From an uncultured Thermoleophilia bacterium (GTDB lineage: Bacteria; Actinomycetota; Thermoleophilia; UBA2241): a stretch of 64,000 nt of DNA. A program made the position numbers and the translations under genes. Every line of letters starts with the position of its first letter. Positions within the stretch are counted from its first letter, which is position 1. The stretch lies in assembly GCA_963702475.1 (NCBI GenBank), contig CAVPCT010000002.1:350009-414008 (forward strand), written 5' to 3'. This document shows, piece after piece, positions 1 through 10,095 of this stretch. The notes beneath the pieces were generated by a model. That model had not been told where the DNA came from, did not search any database, and was given only the letters and a program-made list of their open reading frames with translations.

Positions 1-3
1 ACC

Positions 4-1806
4 GTGCGCGCTACCCGCACGCGGCAGCGCGACCGCCGCCGTCCCAAGGCGATCGTCCGGCAGGACGAGGGCAGCGGACTCGACACCTACACGGTCACGG
101 CTCCCAGCCGCCGGATCGACGTCGACGTCGCGGAGCCCAAGCGCAAGGTCATCCTCGCCTCCGACGACGGCCAGGAGCTGCGCGTGGCGCTCGTGGAGGA
201 CGGCCGCCTCGCGGAGATCTACATCGAGCGGCCGGACAAGAAGTCGTACCTCGGCGACATCTACCAGGGCAGGGTCGAGAACGTGCTCGGCGGCATCGAC
301 GCCGCGTTCGTGGACTTCGGCCTGGAAAAGAACGGCTTCCTCTACGTGGACGAGGTCACCACACCGGAGGGCGAGAAGCGCGCCCGCCGTATCGGCGACG
401 CGCTGAAGCCTGGGCAGGAGGTGCTGGTCCAGGTCACCAAAGACCCGATGGGCAGCAAGGGCGCCCGGCTCAGCACGAAGATCTCCCTGGCGGGGCGGTA
501 CCTCGTGTACGTGCCCGGCGGGAGCGGGGTGGGCGTGTCACGCCGCCTCTCACAGGGCGAGCGTGACCGGCTTCGCGACATCAGCAAGGAGCTGAAGCCC
601 AAGAACGCCGGGCTCATCGTGCGCACGATCGCTGAGGGGCACGGGCTGGAGGACCTGAAGCGCGACATGCAGTACCTCTCCCGCCTCTGGTCACGCCTCA
701 AGCGAAAGGCGGATACCGTCAAGGCGCCGGGGCTCGTGCACAAGGAGGTCGACATCTCCATCGAAGTGGCGCGCGACCTGTTCAACGACACGTGCGAGAG
801 CCTGATCGTCGACGACGTCAAACGCCACAAGGCGATCGTCTCATTCCTCGACAAGGAAGCGCCCGAGCTGTTGCCCAAGGTGCATCAGCACACGGGCGTC
901 GAGCCGCTCTTCGAGGCTTACGGCATCGAGGAACAGATCGCCAAGGCACTCGAGCGCCGCGTGCCGCTGCCGAGCGGCGGCAACCTGATGATCGACCACG
1001 CCGAGGCGCTCACCGTCATCGACGTGAACACCGGCCGGTTCACGCGCGGCAAGGGTCTCGAGGACACCATCACCAAGACCAACCTCGAGGCCGCCCACGA
1101 GGTGGTCAAGCAGCTCCGCCTGCGCGACATCGGCGGCATCATCATCATCGACTTCATCGATATGGCGCACGCCGCCAACCGCGAGATGGTGCTGGCCACG
1201 CTCGAGGCCCAGCTGGAGACCGACCGCACGAAGACCTACGTGGTCGAACTCTCGCCCCTGGGCCTTGTCGAGATGACGAGGCAGAACACCACCGACGGCG
1301 CGCGCGGCATCATGACGCGCTCCTGCCCGTGTTGTACGGGCAAGGGCCGGGTGCTCAGCGAGGAGACCATGGCCCTCGCGGTCGAGCGCCGCGTGCGTGC
1401 GCTGGCGCGCAAGTCGCAGGCCAAGGCCTGGCTCATCGAGGTCAACGGCGGCGTCGCGGACCGGCTCAGCGACCAGCGGCTCAAGAAGCTGGAGAAGGCG
1501 GTCGGCAGTCGCGTGTTCTTCGAGGGCGCGACGTCTCTGCCGGTCGACACCTTCCGCGTCATCGCGGAGGGCACCGCGGCACACGTGCAGGAGCAGCGCG
1601 TCCCGGTCAAGGAGGGTCAGGAGGTCGAGCTGGAGCTCGAGTTCAGTCTCACGTACAGCCCTCGGGACGCTGTCGGCTACATCGACGGGTACATGGTCAT
1701 CGTGGAGGGCGGCCGGCAGCACCTCGGCCAGCGGCGCAAGGTGAAGATCACCAGCACCGAGCGGACGGGTGCCCATGCGACCGTCGTCAAGCAGGGGTCG
1801 AATTGA
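4..1806 (+). CDS. rne: Rne/Rng family ribonuclease (RNase E/G) with C-terminal TRAM-like domain; 5' end probably outside the window
   Basis: S1 region (YLGDIYQGRVENV...AAFVDFG), motifs VIDVNTG and RLRDIGGIIIIDFIDM, CPCC Zn-link; sits upstream of rplU-rpmA-obgE. Confidence 0.93.
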   Translation: MRATRTRQRDRRRPKAIVRQDEGSGLDTYTVTAPSRRIDVDVAEPKRKVILASDDGQELRVALVEDGRLAEIYIERPDKKSYLGDIYQGRVENVLGGIDAAFVDFGLEKNGFLYVDEVTTPEGEKRARRIGDALKPGQEVLVQVTKDPMGSKGARLSTKISLAGRYLVYVPGGSGVGVSRRLSQGERDRLRDISKELKPKNAGLIVRTIAEGHGLEDLKRDMQYLSRLWSRLKRKADTVKAPGLVHKEVDISIEVARDLFNDTCESLIVDDVKRHKAIVSFLDKEAPELLPKVHQHTGVEPLFEAYGIEEQIAKALERRVPLPSGGNLMIDHAEALTVIDVNTGRFTRGKGLEDTITKTNLEAAHEVVKQLRLRDIGGIIIIDFIDMAHAANREMVLATLEAQLETDRTKTYVVELSPLGLVEMTRQNTTDGARGIMTRSCPCCTGKGRVLSEETMALAVERRVRALARKSQAKAWLIEVNGGVADRLSDQRLKKLEKAVGSRVFFEGATSLPVDTFRVIAEGTAAHVQEQRVPVKEGQEVELELEFSLTYSPRDAVGYIDGYMVIVEGGRQHLGQRRKVKITSTERTGAHATVVKQGSN

Positions 1807-1831
1807 CGGTCCCCACGCACTTGGTTATCAT
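1803..1831 (+). promoter_or_regulatory. sigma70/SigA-type promoter for rplU-rpmA-obgE
   Basis: TTGACG (1803-1808), 17 bp, TATCAT (1826-1831), about 30 nt upstream of the rplU ATG. Confidence 0.7.
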
Positions 1832-1860
1832 TTACGGCCGTTGTCTTTCGGGGAGTTGAA

Positions 1861-2214
1861 ATGACGAAGTCTCATACCACCTACGCGGTCATCCGCGTCG
1901 GCGGGCAGCAGTACAAGGTGAGCGCCGGCGACACCATCGTCGTCGACCGCGTGGACGCCGACGAGGGCAAGCACGTCACGTATGCCACTCTCGCGGTGCG
2001 CACCGACAGCGGCGAATTCGACGCCGACGTTGCCAAGCACGCCAAGGTCAAGGCCAAGGTCGAAGAGCACGTCCTCGGTGAGAAGATCAAGGTCTTCACC
2101 TACAAGCCCAAGAGCACGTTCAAGAAGACGAAGGGCCATCGCAGTCGTCTCACCAAGCTGACGATCGAGTCGATCACCCTCAAGGAGTCGAAGGAGAAGC
2201 CCAGTGGCGCATAA
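1861..2214 (+). CDS. rplU: 50S ribosomal protein L21
   Basis: [17 protein letters not shown] start, KTKGHR motif, canonical gene order. Confidence 0.96.
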   Translation: MTKSHTTYAVIRVGGQQYKVSAGDTIVVDRVDADEGKHVTYATLAVRTDSGEFDADVAKHAKVKAKVEEHVLGEKIKVFTYKPKSTFKKTKGHRSRLTKLTIESITLKESKEKPSGA

Positions 2215-2458
2215 GAAGGGCGCCGGCACCAGCCGCAACGGGCGCGACTCCGAGGCCAAGCGCCTCGGCGTCAAGGCGTTCGCCGGCCAGGTGGTCCCGG
2301 CAGGATCGATCATCGTGCGTCAGCGCGGCACCAGGTTCCGCCCCGGCGAGAATGCCGGCATCGGCGTCGACCACACCATCTTCGCGAAGGTGACGGGCAG
2401 GCTCGTGTTCACCGAGAAGGGCGCGGGGCGCTTCATCTCGGTCGTCCCCGAGGCCTGA
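2204..2458 (+). CDS. rpmA: 50S ribosomal protein L27 (no N-terminal extension)
   Basis: [23 protein letters not shown] and RQRGT signatures. Confidence 0.97.
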   Translation: MAHKKGAGTSRNGRDSEAKRLGVKAFAGQVVPAGSIIVRQRGTRFRPGENAGIGVDHTIFAKVTGRLVFTEKGAGRFISVVPEA

Positions 2459-2504
2459 CCCGCCGGCCGGCGCTCGGCCTCCGGGCCGGCCGGCCTCACC
2501 TCTC

Positions 2505-3779
2505 ATGCTCGACAGGGCAAGCATCTGCGTGCGCGGCGGTCACGGCGGCAACGGCTCCGCCAGCATGCGCCGTGAGAAGTACGTGCCCAAGGGCGGCCCC
2601 GACGGCGGCGACGGCGCCCCCGGCGGAGACGTCGTCCTCGTCGCGACGCGGCAGCTGCACGACCTCAGCCAGTTCCGCCACAAGCACCACTTCCGGGCCG
2701 AGGCAGGCGGCCACGGCCGCGGCGCCAACAAGCGCGGCGCCGATGGGCCGGTGCTCGAGGTCAAGGTGCCGGTGGGCACCGAAGTCCGTGACGCCGAGGG
2801 CGGACTGCTCGGCGACCTCGTAGCCGAGGGCCAGCGCCTGCTCGTGGCACGCGGTGGCGAGGGCGGACGCGGCAACGTCAACTTCAAGACTTCCACGCGT
2901 CAGGCGCCCCGCTTCGCGGAGCACGGCCTGGAGGGTGAGGAGCTGTGGCTCACCCTCACGCTCAAGCTCCTCGCAGACGTCGGCCTCGTCGGCCTCCCCA
3001 ACGCCGGCAAGTCGTCCCTGCTGGCGGCGCTGACGCGCGCCCATCCCAAGATCGCGTCATATCCGTTCACCACCATCGAGCCGAACCTGGGCGTCATGTA
3101 CCTCGGGGAGGGCGCGGCGGTGATCGCCGACATCCCCGGGCTCATCGAGGGCGCCAGCGAGGGGGCCGGACTCGGGCACCGGTTCCTGGCTCACATCGAG
3201 CGCACTGCCGTGCTGGTCTACGTGCTCGACGGCGGCGACGGCGCCGACGGGTGGCCTGCGGCACTGGCGACCGTGCGTGCAGAGCTCGGCGCGTTCCGTG
3301 CCGCGATGCTGGACCGACCCGCGCTCGTGCTCGTCAACAAGGCCGACCTGCTGGACGAGGTCGGCAGAGAAGAGGCGGCCGCGTTCCTGGCCGGCCTCGC
3401 GTGGCCGGCCGCGGCGCTCCTGGCCTCGGCGGAGAGCGGGGAGGGGCTGCTCGAGGTGCGCGAGGCTCTCGAGGGAGCCGTCAACGCCGCCCGCGAGGCT
3501 CTCGCCGCGGTCGAGCCGTCGGAGGTCGCCCCGGCGGTGCTGCGCCCCGGCGAGGACCGCCTCGAGTCGTTCACCTTGGAGCGCGTGGAGGACTACTTCG
3601 TCGTCCACGGGCGCCAGGTCGAGCGCCTCTTCGCCAAGGCGGACCTCGACAACGATGACGCCGTGGCCTACCTGCAGCAGCTCATCGAGCGCGCCGGCCT
3701 GAACCAGGCCCTGCGCAAGGCCGGCGCCGTGCCCGGTGACACGGTGGTCGTCGGCGACCAGGAGTTCGAGTTCTCCTGA
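2505..3779 (+). CDS. obgE: GTPase ObgE with C-terminal Obg-associated domain
   Basis: Gly-rich Obg fold (GGPDGGDG), GLPNAGKS, YPFTT, DIPGLIEGA, NKAD. Confidence 0.97.
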   Translation: MLDRASICVRGGHGGNGSASMRREKYVPKGGPDGGDGAPGGDVVLVATRQLHDLSQFRHKHHFRAEAGGHGRGANKRGADGPVLEVKVPVGTEVRDAEGGLLGDLVAEGQRLLVARGGEGGRGNVNFKTSTRQAPRFAEHGLEGEELWLTLTLKLLADVGLVGLPNAGKSSLLAALTRAHPKIASYPFTTIEPNLGVMYLGEGAAVIADIPGLIEGASEGAGLGHRFLAHIERTAVLVYVLDGGDGADGWPAALATVRAELGAFRAAMLDRPALVLVNKADLLDEVGREEAAAFLAGLAWPAAALLASAESGEGLLEVREALEGAVNAAREALAAVEPSEVAPAVLRPGEDRLESFTLERVEDYFVVHGRQVERLFAKADLDNDDAVAYLQQLIERAGLNQALRKAGAVPGDTVVVGDQEFEFS

Positions 3780-3935
3780 TGCACCGCGCCGGGGGTACGC
3801 CGGCGCTCCGGCGTGGTCTACCGCGCGATGACCTCCGGTGAGCCTGCGGAGCAGCGCCCGAGGAGGTCCGGACGCTCCCGCCGGCGTGGTGGGGCGAGGC
3901 CGCCGGCGTGGTGACGGATCAGCGACGCGGGCACG

Positions 3936-3997
3936 TTGACTTCGGCACATCCTTGAGATAGTCTCCGCTATAACTTCGTATACGAACTCTGATACGT
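3936..3997 (+). promoter_or_regulatory. Promoter plus operator, copy 1
   Basis: TTGACT (3936-3941)-N17-TAGTCT (3959-3964), then AACTTCGTATACGAACTC-TG-ATACGT. Confidence 0.85.
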
Positions 3998-4348
3998 AGT
4001 TGGTTCCGAGAGTCGGTCGCGCAAACGAGAAGGTGTGTCGAGAGAAGACTCCCGCCGCGGTGCTCGTCGCACCGCCTTGAACCACTGACCACTGCTCCCC
4101 CCTGGCAGGATGGAAGTGGCGCGGGAGGGCGGCCCTTGGCCCCAGCCTTGCGACAGGGCGCCGGCCGGATCGCTGGTGGCAGCAGCGGCCGGCGCCGGAC
4201 GACGGGGCATGGCCGCCGGACCGGCGGGGAGGCTCCACAGGAGGTCCCCATCGCTCCCACGCGGCGCGTCCTTCGCGCCATGATGGAGACGGAGCCTTCG
4301 CCGGCGAGCCGGAGGCGCCGTCCGCCGCGAGCGGGCGGCGCCTCCGGC
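3970..4348 (+). ncRNA. Candidate structured leader or sRNA from promoter copy 1
   Basis: No convincing ORF; several stems with G-U pairs favouring the + strand; ends in an 18-bp hairpin. Confidence 0.3.
4308..4348 (+). terminator. Strong GC hairpin (terminator-like)
   Basis: GCCGGAGGCGCCGTCCGC-cgcga-GCGGGCGGCGCCTCCGGC followed by AGTTT. Confidence 0.5.
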
Positions 4349-4368
4349 AGTTTCCAGGGCGCGGACTC

Positions 4369-4428
4369 TGGACTTCGAGAGCGGCCTGCGGTACCTTGAG
4401 GTAACTTCGTATACGAACTCGGATACGT
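4369..4428 (+). promoter_or_regulatory. Promoter plus operator, copy 2 (drives operon 4458-14078)
   Basis: TGGACT (4369-4374)-N17-TACCTT (4392-4397), then AACTTCGTATACGAACTC-GG-ATACGT. Confidence 0.85.
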
Positions 4429-4457
4429 TGATTGCTCAGCACACCTGGAGCGGCCAT

Positions 4458-5409
4458 ATGACAGACACCGGAAGAGTCCTCATCGTCGGCGCCGGCACGA
4501 TGGGGGAGGGGATCGCGCAGACGTTCGCCCAGCACGGGTCCGGCGTCCGCCTCGTGGACATCAACGACGAGTCCGTCTCCCGCGCGCTCGGTCAGATCAA
4601 GCGCAACGTCCTGCAGTTCGCCGACTTCGGGCTCATCAAGGAGCCCGTCGACCAGGTGATGGGCCGCATCGAGGGCATGGTCACCACCGACATGGCACGG
4701 GCGGCCGACGGCTGCACCTACGCCGTCGAGGCCGTCCAGGAGATCCTCGAGCAGAAGCTCGACCTGTTCGCCCGGCTGCAGGCGGCCGCCCCCGAGCTGG
4801 CCATCGGCAGCAACACGGGCAGCTTCACCATGGACACGCTCGTCCGAGGGGCTGCCCCGCCCCGACAGGGTGATCGGCATCCACTACTTCAACCCGGCGC
4901 ACATCATCCCGCTGGTGGAGATCCACCGTGGCAGCGCCTGCTCGGACGCGACCTACGAGGAGACGAAGACCCTGCTCGAGGCCTCGGGCAAGAAGACGGT
5001 GCTGGTGCGCGTCGAGCGTCCCGGCTTCATCGTCAACCGTCTCATGGGGGCCCTTGAACGCGAGATCGACTACCTCCTCGACGAGGGCATCGTGACGCCC
5101 GAGGACCTGGACGTCGCCGTGAAGTCGAGCACCGGTTTCCGCTTCGCCTGTCTCGGGCCCATGGAGGTGGAGGACATGATCGGCCTCGACATCGCCGCGA
5201 CGGTGTCGGGACGCGTCTTCAAGGGCCTCTCCAACGCCACCGAGCCGTCGCCCATGCTGCTCGAGAAGGTCGAGCGCGGCGAGCTCGGGATCAAGGCCGG
5301 CAAGGGCTGGTACGACTACAGCGGCAGGACGCGTGCGGAGGTCCTGGAGGAGAAGAACGCCAAGCTGCTTCCGCAGCTCAAGCTGTTCCTGGACGCGCAG
5401 AAGGACTGA
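4458..5409 (+). CDS. 3-hydroxyacyl-CoA dehydrogenase family protein (frameshift near 4860); candidate 3-hydroxy-5-oxohexanoate dehydrogenase
   Basis: GAGTMGEGIA Rossmann motif, EAVQE, SNTGS, then HYFNPAHIIPLVE, PGFIVNRL and GELGIKAGKGWYDY in the next frame. Confidence 0.88.
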
Positions 5410-5450
5410 AGGCCGGGGAACCCGGTCGCCCGCAGACTGAAGGAGGTCCG

Positions 5451-6206
5451 GTGTTCGATCTTACGGGCAAGGTTGCGATCGTGACCGGCGGCGGCGGCGG
5501 CCTGGGCCGTCCCATCTCGGTCGCGCTGGCGCAGTGCGGCGCCGACGTGCTGGTCGACGACTTCGACGCCGATCACCTGGCGGCGACGGTCGCCGAGATC
5601 GAGGCGCTGGGGCGCAGGTGCGTGGCCGTCACGGCCGACCTCACCAGCGCCGCCGCCATGAAAGACATGGCCGACAGGGCCGTGCAGGAGTTCGGCAGGA
5701 TAGACATCCTCGTCAACGTGGCCGGCACCAACGCGCGGTTCGACGCCGAGGCGATGCCGCCCGAGGAGTTCGAGCGCGTCCTCCGCGTCAACGTGCTGGG
5801 CGTGTTCCTGGCCTGCCAGGCGGTCGGCCGGGTCATGATCGAGCAGGGGCAGGGCGTGATCGTCAACATGTCGTCGGTGAGAGGGAGGGTCGCTCCCGGC
5901 ATGGGCGGCTCGGCCTACGCCACGAGCAAGGGCGGCGTGGACCAGCTCACGCGCACGCTGGCGGCCGAGTGGGCCAAGTACGGCATCCGTGTCAACGCCG
6001 TGGCGCCGGCGCTGATCATGACCGACATGACCCGCGATTTCCTGTCCAAGCCCGAGGTCTACTCCAAGATGACCGCCGAGATCCCGATGCGGCGCCTGGG
6101 CGAGCCGGGCGAACTGGTCGGGCCGGTCGTTCTGCTGGCCTCGGACGAGTCCAGCTTCATGACCGGCCAGATCGTCTACGTCGACGGCGGGCTCTCCGCC
6201 GTCTGA
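5451..6206 (+). CDS. SDR oxidoreductase, phloroglucinol-reductase-like
   Basis: TGGGGGLG, catalytic Ser in NMSSVRGR, YATSK, VDGG; specific activity inferred from recalled similarity and context. Confidence 0.85.
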   Translation: MFDLTGKVAIVTGGGGGLGRPISVALAQCGADVLVDDFDADHLAATVAEIEALGRRCVAVTADLTSAAAMKDMADRAVQEFGRIDILVNVAGTNARFDAEAMPPEEFERVLRVNVLGVFLACQAVGRVMIEQGQGVIVNMSSVRGRVAPGMGGSAYATSKGGVDQLTRTLAAEWAKYGIRVNAVAPALIMTDMTRDFLSKPEVYSKMTAEIPMRRLGEPGELVGPVVLLASDESSFMTGQIVYVDGGLSAV

Positions 6207-6248
6207 TCCGCGGCCGGACGCTCGAGACCCGATGGGAGGGCACGACGT

Positions 6249-6590
6249 GTGAAGAAGATCGCGCGCGCGGACGTGACGAAGTACGGCGTCCCGCCCAAGC
6301 ACTTCAACGTCAACTCCTGCCGTCTGCAGGGCGAGGCCGAATCGGGGCTCAAGAGCTTCTGGATCGGCTGCTCGCACTACCTGCCCGGCGGCGGCATCGA
6401 GTGGTCGGGCGAAGATTCCGCCGAGGAGAAGGTCTCCATCGTCATCGAGGGCGAGCTCACGGTGAAGGGGGAGGACGAGGAGTTCGCGCTCGGGCCGCTC
6501 GACTCCCTCTACATCGGCCCCAACGAGGCCCGGTCGGTCGTCAACAACGGCACCAGACCGGCCATCATGCTGGTGGTCGTCAACACCTGA
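6249..6590 (+). CDS. Cupin domain protein
   Basis: 113 aa; SHYLPGGG...EKVSIVIEGEL...DSLYIGPNEARSVVN cupin pattern with the usual His ligands largely replaced. Confidence 0.8.
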   Translation: MKKIARADVTKYGVPPKHFNVNSCRLQGEAESGLKSFWIGCSHYLPGGGIEWSGEDSAEEKVSIVIEGELTVKGEDEEFALGPLDSLYIGPNEARSVVNNGTRPAIMLVVVNT

Positions 6591-6619
6591 TGGGTCCTGT
6601 GCCGGCCGAGGAGCGAGAC

Positions 6620-9208
6620 GTGAAGCAGGCCGTACGGCTCACGAACCTCACCACCGGCGGTCCGGTGCACGTCGACGTGCGCGACGGCAGGATCCTGCGC
6701 ATGGTCCCCCTTGAGCTGGACGAGAGCGACGGGCCGTCGTGGAGCATCACGGCGAGGGGGCGCACGTTCACGCCTCCCCGCCGCACCACGCTCTCACCGT
6801 TCACCGTCGCTCACCGCTCCACCATCTACTCTCCCCGGCGCATCCTCACGCCGCTCAAGCGAGTTGACTTCGACCCCGCGGGCCAGCGCAACACGCACAA
6901 CCGCGGCAGTTCAGGTTACGAGCCCATCTCGTGGGACGAGGCCCTGGACCTCACCGCCGGCGAGATGACGCGCCTCAGGCGCGAGCACGGCCCGGCCGCC
7001 ATGCTGACCTCGCCCGGCTCCCACCACCTGTGGGGGACCCACGGCTACCGCACCAGCGCCTACTACCGCTTCATGGACCTCGTCGGGTTCACGTACGGAG
7101 AGCACAACCCGGACAGCTGGGAGGGCTGGCACTGGGGCGGCATGCACATGTGGGGCTTCAGCTGGCGCCTCGGCATCCCCGAGCAGTACGACCTCCTCGA
7201 GGACGCGCTGCAGCACACCGAGCTGCTCGTCTTCTGGTCTTCCGACCCTGAGAGCACCGGCGGCGGCATCTACACGGCCTTTGAGAGCACGCCCAGGCGG
7301 TACTGGTTCAAGGAGCTGGGCGTGAAGATGGTCTTCATCGACCCGTACTTCAACCACACGGCCGAGCTCTTCGGCGACAAGTGGTTCGCGCCGCGGCCGG
7401 GCACCGACGTGGCGATGGGGCTGGCGATCGCTTCCACGTGGCTCTCCGAGGGCCTCTACGACGAGGAGTACGTGGTTACGCGCACCGTCGGCTTCGACGA
7501 GTGGAAGGACTACGTGCTCGGCAGGACCGACAACGTGCCCAAGACGCCGGAGTGGGCCGAGGGGGAGTGCGGCATCCCGGCGCGCCAGATCCGCGCCCTG
7601 GCGCGCGAGTGGGGCACGAAGAGGACCATGCTGGCCGCCGGCGGCAAGGGCGGGTTCGGCGGCGCCTGTCGCTCGGCCACCGGCAACGAGTGGGCGCGCA
7701 CCATGATCGCCCTCGCGGCCATGCAGGGCTTGGGCAAGCCGGGCGTCAACATCTGGTCGACGACGCAGGGCGTACCCTGCGACACCGGCTTCTGGTTCCC
7801 CGGCTACAACGAGGGCGGCATCTCGGCCGACGCCAACACCCTGAGCGGCTTCCGTCTGGCCAATCGTCTCTGGCCGGACGGAGGCCCGTGCGGCAACCCG
7901 CACCACTCCACCGAGGGCCAGACTGTCAGCCGTCTCCTCATCCCCGAGGCCATGAGGGGCCAGAGCCTCGAGTGGCGGGGCAAGGGCTTCTGCGGCTCCT
8001 CCATCGAGTCGCAGTTCCAGAAGTACGAGTACCCCGCCCCCGGCTACGACCCGTGCCGTATGTACTACAGGTACGGCGGGTCCTTCATCGGCACCATGAC
8101 CGAGACCAACCGCTACGTCCGAGCCTACCGCGAGGGCGACGTCGAGTTCGTGGTCAACCAGTCGATCTGGTTCGAGGGCGAGGCGCGCTTCGCCGACGTC
8201 ATCCTCCCGGCGTGCACCAACTTCGAGCGCTGGGACATCGGGGAGTGGGCGGCGCCCACCGGCGCCGGGGCGTCGTCCACCGACGCCTGCAACCACCGCC
8301 TCATCGTCTTCCAGCAGAAGTGCATCGAGCCGCTCGGCGAGTCGAAGCCGGACTACGAGATCTTCGCCCTCCTCGCCGGGCGCCTCGGCCTCGGCCACCT
8401 GTACACCCAGGGCCTCACCGACCTGGACTGGGTCAAGCGGCTGTTCCTCGCCAGCGACCTGCCGCAGCGGATCTCCTGGGACGACTTCGCGCGCAAGGGC
8501 TACTACGTGGTGCCCGTGCCTCCGGAAAGGAAGCGCACCCCGGCGCTGCGCTGGTTCGCGGAAGACCGCGAGCGGGACACGCCGGACCTGGGGCCCAGAC
8601 CGTGGGAGACCGATCGCCTCAAGGGCCTGCAGACGGCGTCGGGCAGGATCGAGTTCGTCGCTTCCAGCCTCCGGCGCTTCGAGCGCTCCGGGGCCGTCGA
8701 CCCCGAACGGCCCGCGCTGGGGCCGCAGTACATCCCCAGCTGGGAGGGCCACCGCACGGCGGAGCTCGTGGCCCGGTACCCGCTGCAACTCATCAGCCCG
8801 CACCCGCGCTTCTCGTTCCACACCATGGGCGACGGCAAGGGCTCGTGGACCGACGACGTCGCGGACCACCGCGTGCTCGTCGACGGCCACCACTACTGGA
8901 TCCTTCGCCTGAACAGCGCCGACGCGCGGGCGCGCGGCGTCGCCGACGGCGACCTCATCCGGGCCTTCAACGACCGCGGCGAGGTCATCCTCGCCGCCCA
9001 GGTCACGGAGCGCGTGGGCCCCGGCACCGTGCACTGCTACGAGTCGGTCGCCGACTATCTCCCGCTGGGAGAGCCGGGCCACTCGCCGGACGCCGCCGGC
9101 TGCATCAACATCCTCACGCCCAAGCGGTTTGTCACCCCGACCTCGACCGGCATGGCGCCCAACTCCTGCCTCATCCAGGTGGAGCGGTGGGAGCCGGCAC
9201 CGGTCTGA
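6620..9208 (+). CDS. Mo-bisMGD oxidoreductase, pyrogallol hydroxytransferase large-subunit (AthL) family, paralog 1
   Basis: GTG start after GAGGAG; N-terminus VRLTNLTTGGPV, SHHLWG, HNPDSWEGWHWGGMHMWGFSWRLG (Ser Mo ligand), FPGYNEGG, SPHPRFSFHT; no Tat signal and no N-terminal Fe-S Cys motif. Confidence 0.93.
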   Translation: MKQAVRLTNLTTGGPVHVDVRDGRILRMVPLELDESDGPSWSITARGRTFTPPRRTTLSPFTVAHRSTIYSPRRILTPLKRVDFDPAGQRNTHNRGSSGYEPISWDEALDLTAGEMTRLRREHGPAAMLTSPGSHHLWGTHGYRTSAYYRFMDLVGFTYGEHNPDSWEGWHWGGMHMWGFSWRLGIPEQYDLLEDALQHTELLVFWSSDPESTGGGIYTAFESTPRRYWFKELGVKMVFIDPYFNHTAELFGDKWFAPRPGTDVAMGLAIASTWLSEGLYDEEYVVTRTVGFDEWKDYVLGRTDNVPKTPEWAEGECGIPARQIRALAREWGTKRTMLAAGGKGGFGGACRSATGNEWARTMIALAAMQGLGKPGVNIWSTTQGVPCDTGFWFPGYNEGGISADANTLSGFRLANRLWPDGGPCGNPHHSTEGQTVSRLLIPEAMRGQSLEWRGKGFCGSSIESQFQKYEYPAPGYDPCRMYYRYGGSFIGTMTETNRYVRAYREGDVEFVVNQSIWFEGEARFADVILPACTNFERWDIGEWAAPTGAGASSTDACNHRLIVFQQKCIEPLGESKPDYEIFALLAGRLGLGHLYTQGLTDLDWVKRLFLASDLPQRISWDDFARKGYYVVPVPPERKRTPALRWFAEDRERDTPDLGPRPWETDRLKGLQTASGRIEFVASSLRRFERSGAVDPERPALGPQYIPSWEGHRTAELVARYPLQLISPHPRFSFHTMGDGKGSWTDDVADHRVLVDGHHYWILRLNSADARARGVADGDLIRAFNDRGEVILAAQVTERVGPGTVHCYESVADYLPLGEPGHSPDAAGCINILTPKRFVTPTSTGMAPNSCLIQVERWEPAPV

Positions 9209-9247
9209 GTCCCTCAGTCCCACACCCGACCAGGAAGAGCCACGACC

Positions 9248-10063
9248 ATGGATCCCATCATCACCGCCTCGCTCACCGGCCCGGCCGCCACCAAGAAGGA
9301 CAACCCGGCGATCCCCGGGACGCCGGAGGAGATCGCGCGGAGCGCCGGGGAGGCCTACGACGCCGGCGCCGCCGTCATCCACATCCACCTGCGCGACAAC
9401 GACGACTTCACGACCGACCTCGAGGTGGCGCGGCGCACCGTGGAGCTGGTGCGCGAGCAGTGCCCGGGGATCGTTCAGCTCTCCACCGGGGGTGGGTTCG
9501 AGTACGAGGACCGCATGCGCATCGTCGAGGCGAGACCGGCGATGGCCACCCTGAACCCGGGCACCATGACGATCGGCGACCACGAGTTCCGCAACCCGCC
9601 CAGGCAGATGTACAAGCTCGCCGAGCGCATGCTCGAACTGGGCATCAAGGCCGAGGTGGAGATCTACGACACCGGCCACCTCGGCCTCGCCCTGGACCTG
9701 CTCAAGAAAGGGCTTCTCACCGAGCCGCTGCAGGTCTCGTTCGTGATGGGCGTCAAGGGCGGCATGCCGGCCGACCCGCGCCTGCTCGGCTACCTCGTCA
9801 ACGAGCTCCCGGCCGGCACCAGCTGGCAGGTGATCGCCATCGCGAAGGCCAACCTGCCGCTCACCACCATCGGCCTGGCCATGGGCGGCAACGCTCGCAC
9901 CGGCCTTGAGGACACGCTCTACATCAGGCCGAAGGAGCTCGCCTCGTCCAACGCCCAGCTCGTCGAGGCGCTGGTGAACGTGGCGCGCTCGCAGCACCTG
10001 GAGCCCGCGGGAGTCGAGGAGGTCATCGACCGCCTCAAGCTCAACCGCGACCTGATCGGGTGA
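9248..10063 (+). CDS. Beta-keto acid cleavage enzyme (BKACE/DUF849, Kce family)
   Basis: IITASLTG, AGAAVIHIHLRD (Zn HxH), STGG, EIYDTGH, RTGLED. Confidence 0.92.
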   Translation: MDPIITASLTGPAATKKDNPAIPGTPEEIARSAGEAYDAGAAVIHIHLRDNDDFTTDLEVARRTVELVREQCPGIVQLSTGGGFEYEDRMRIVEARPAMATLNPGTMTIGDHEFRNPPRQMYKLAERMLELGIKAEVEIYDTGHLGLALDLLKKGLLTEPLQVSFVMGVKGGMPADPRLLGYLVNELPAGTSWQVIAIAKANLPLTTIGLAMGGNARTGLEDTLYIRPKELASSNAQLVEALVNVARSQHLEPAGVEEVIDRLKLNRDLIG

Positions 10064-10095
10064 CGGAGCAAACCGAGGACCTGGGGGAGGCCGAG

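Noticed and set aside
3780-3935. Integration site or att sequence at the left edge of the catabolic cluster
   Set aside because: No tRNA, integrase or matching direct repeat seen near 30.6 kb, and no obvious GC shift, so recent horizontal acquisition is not supported.
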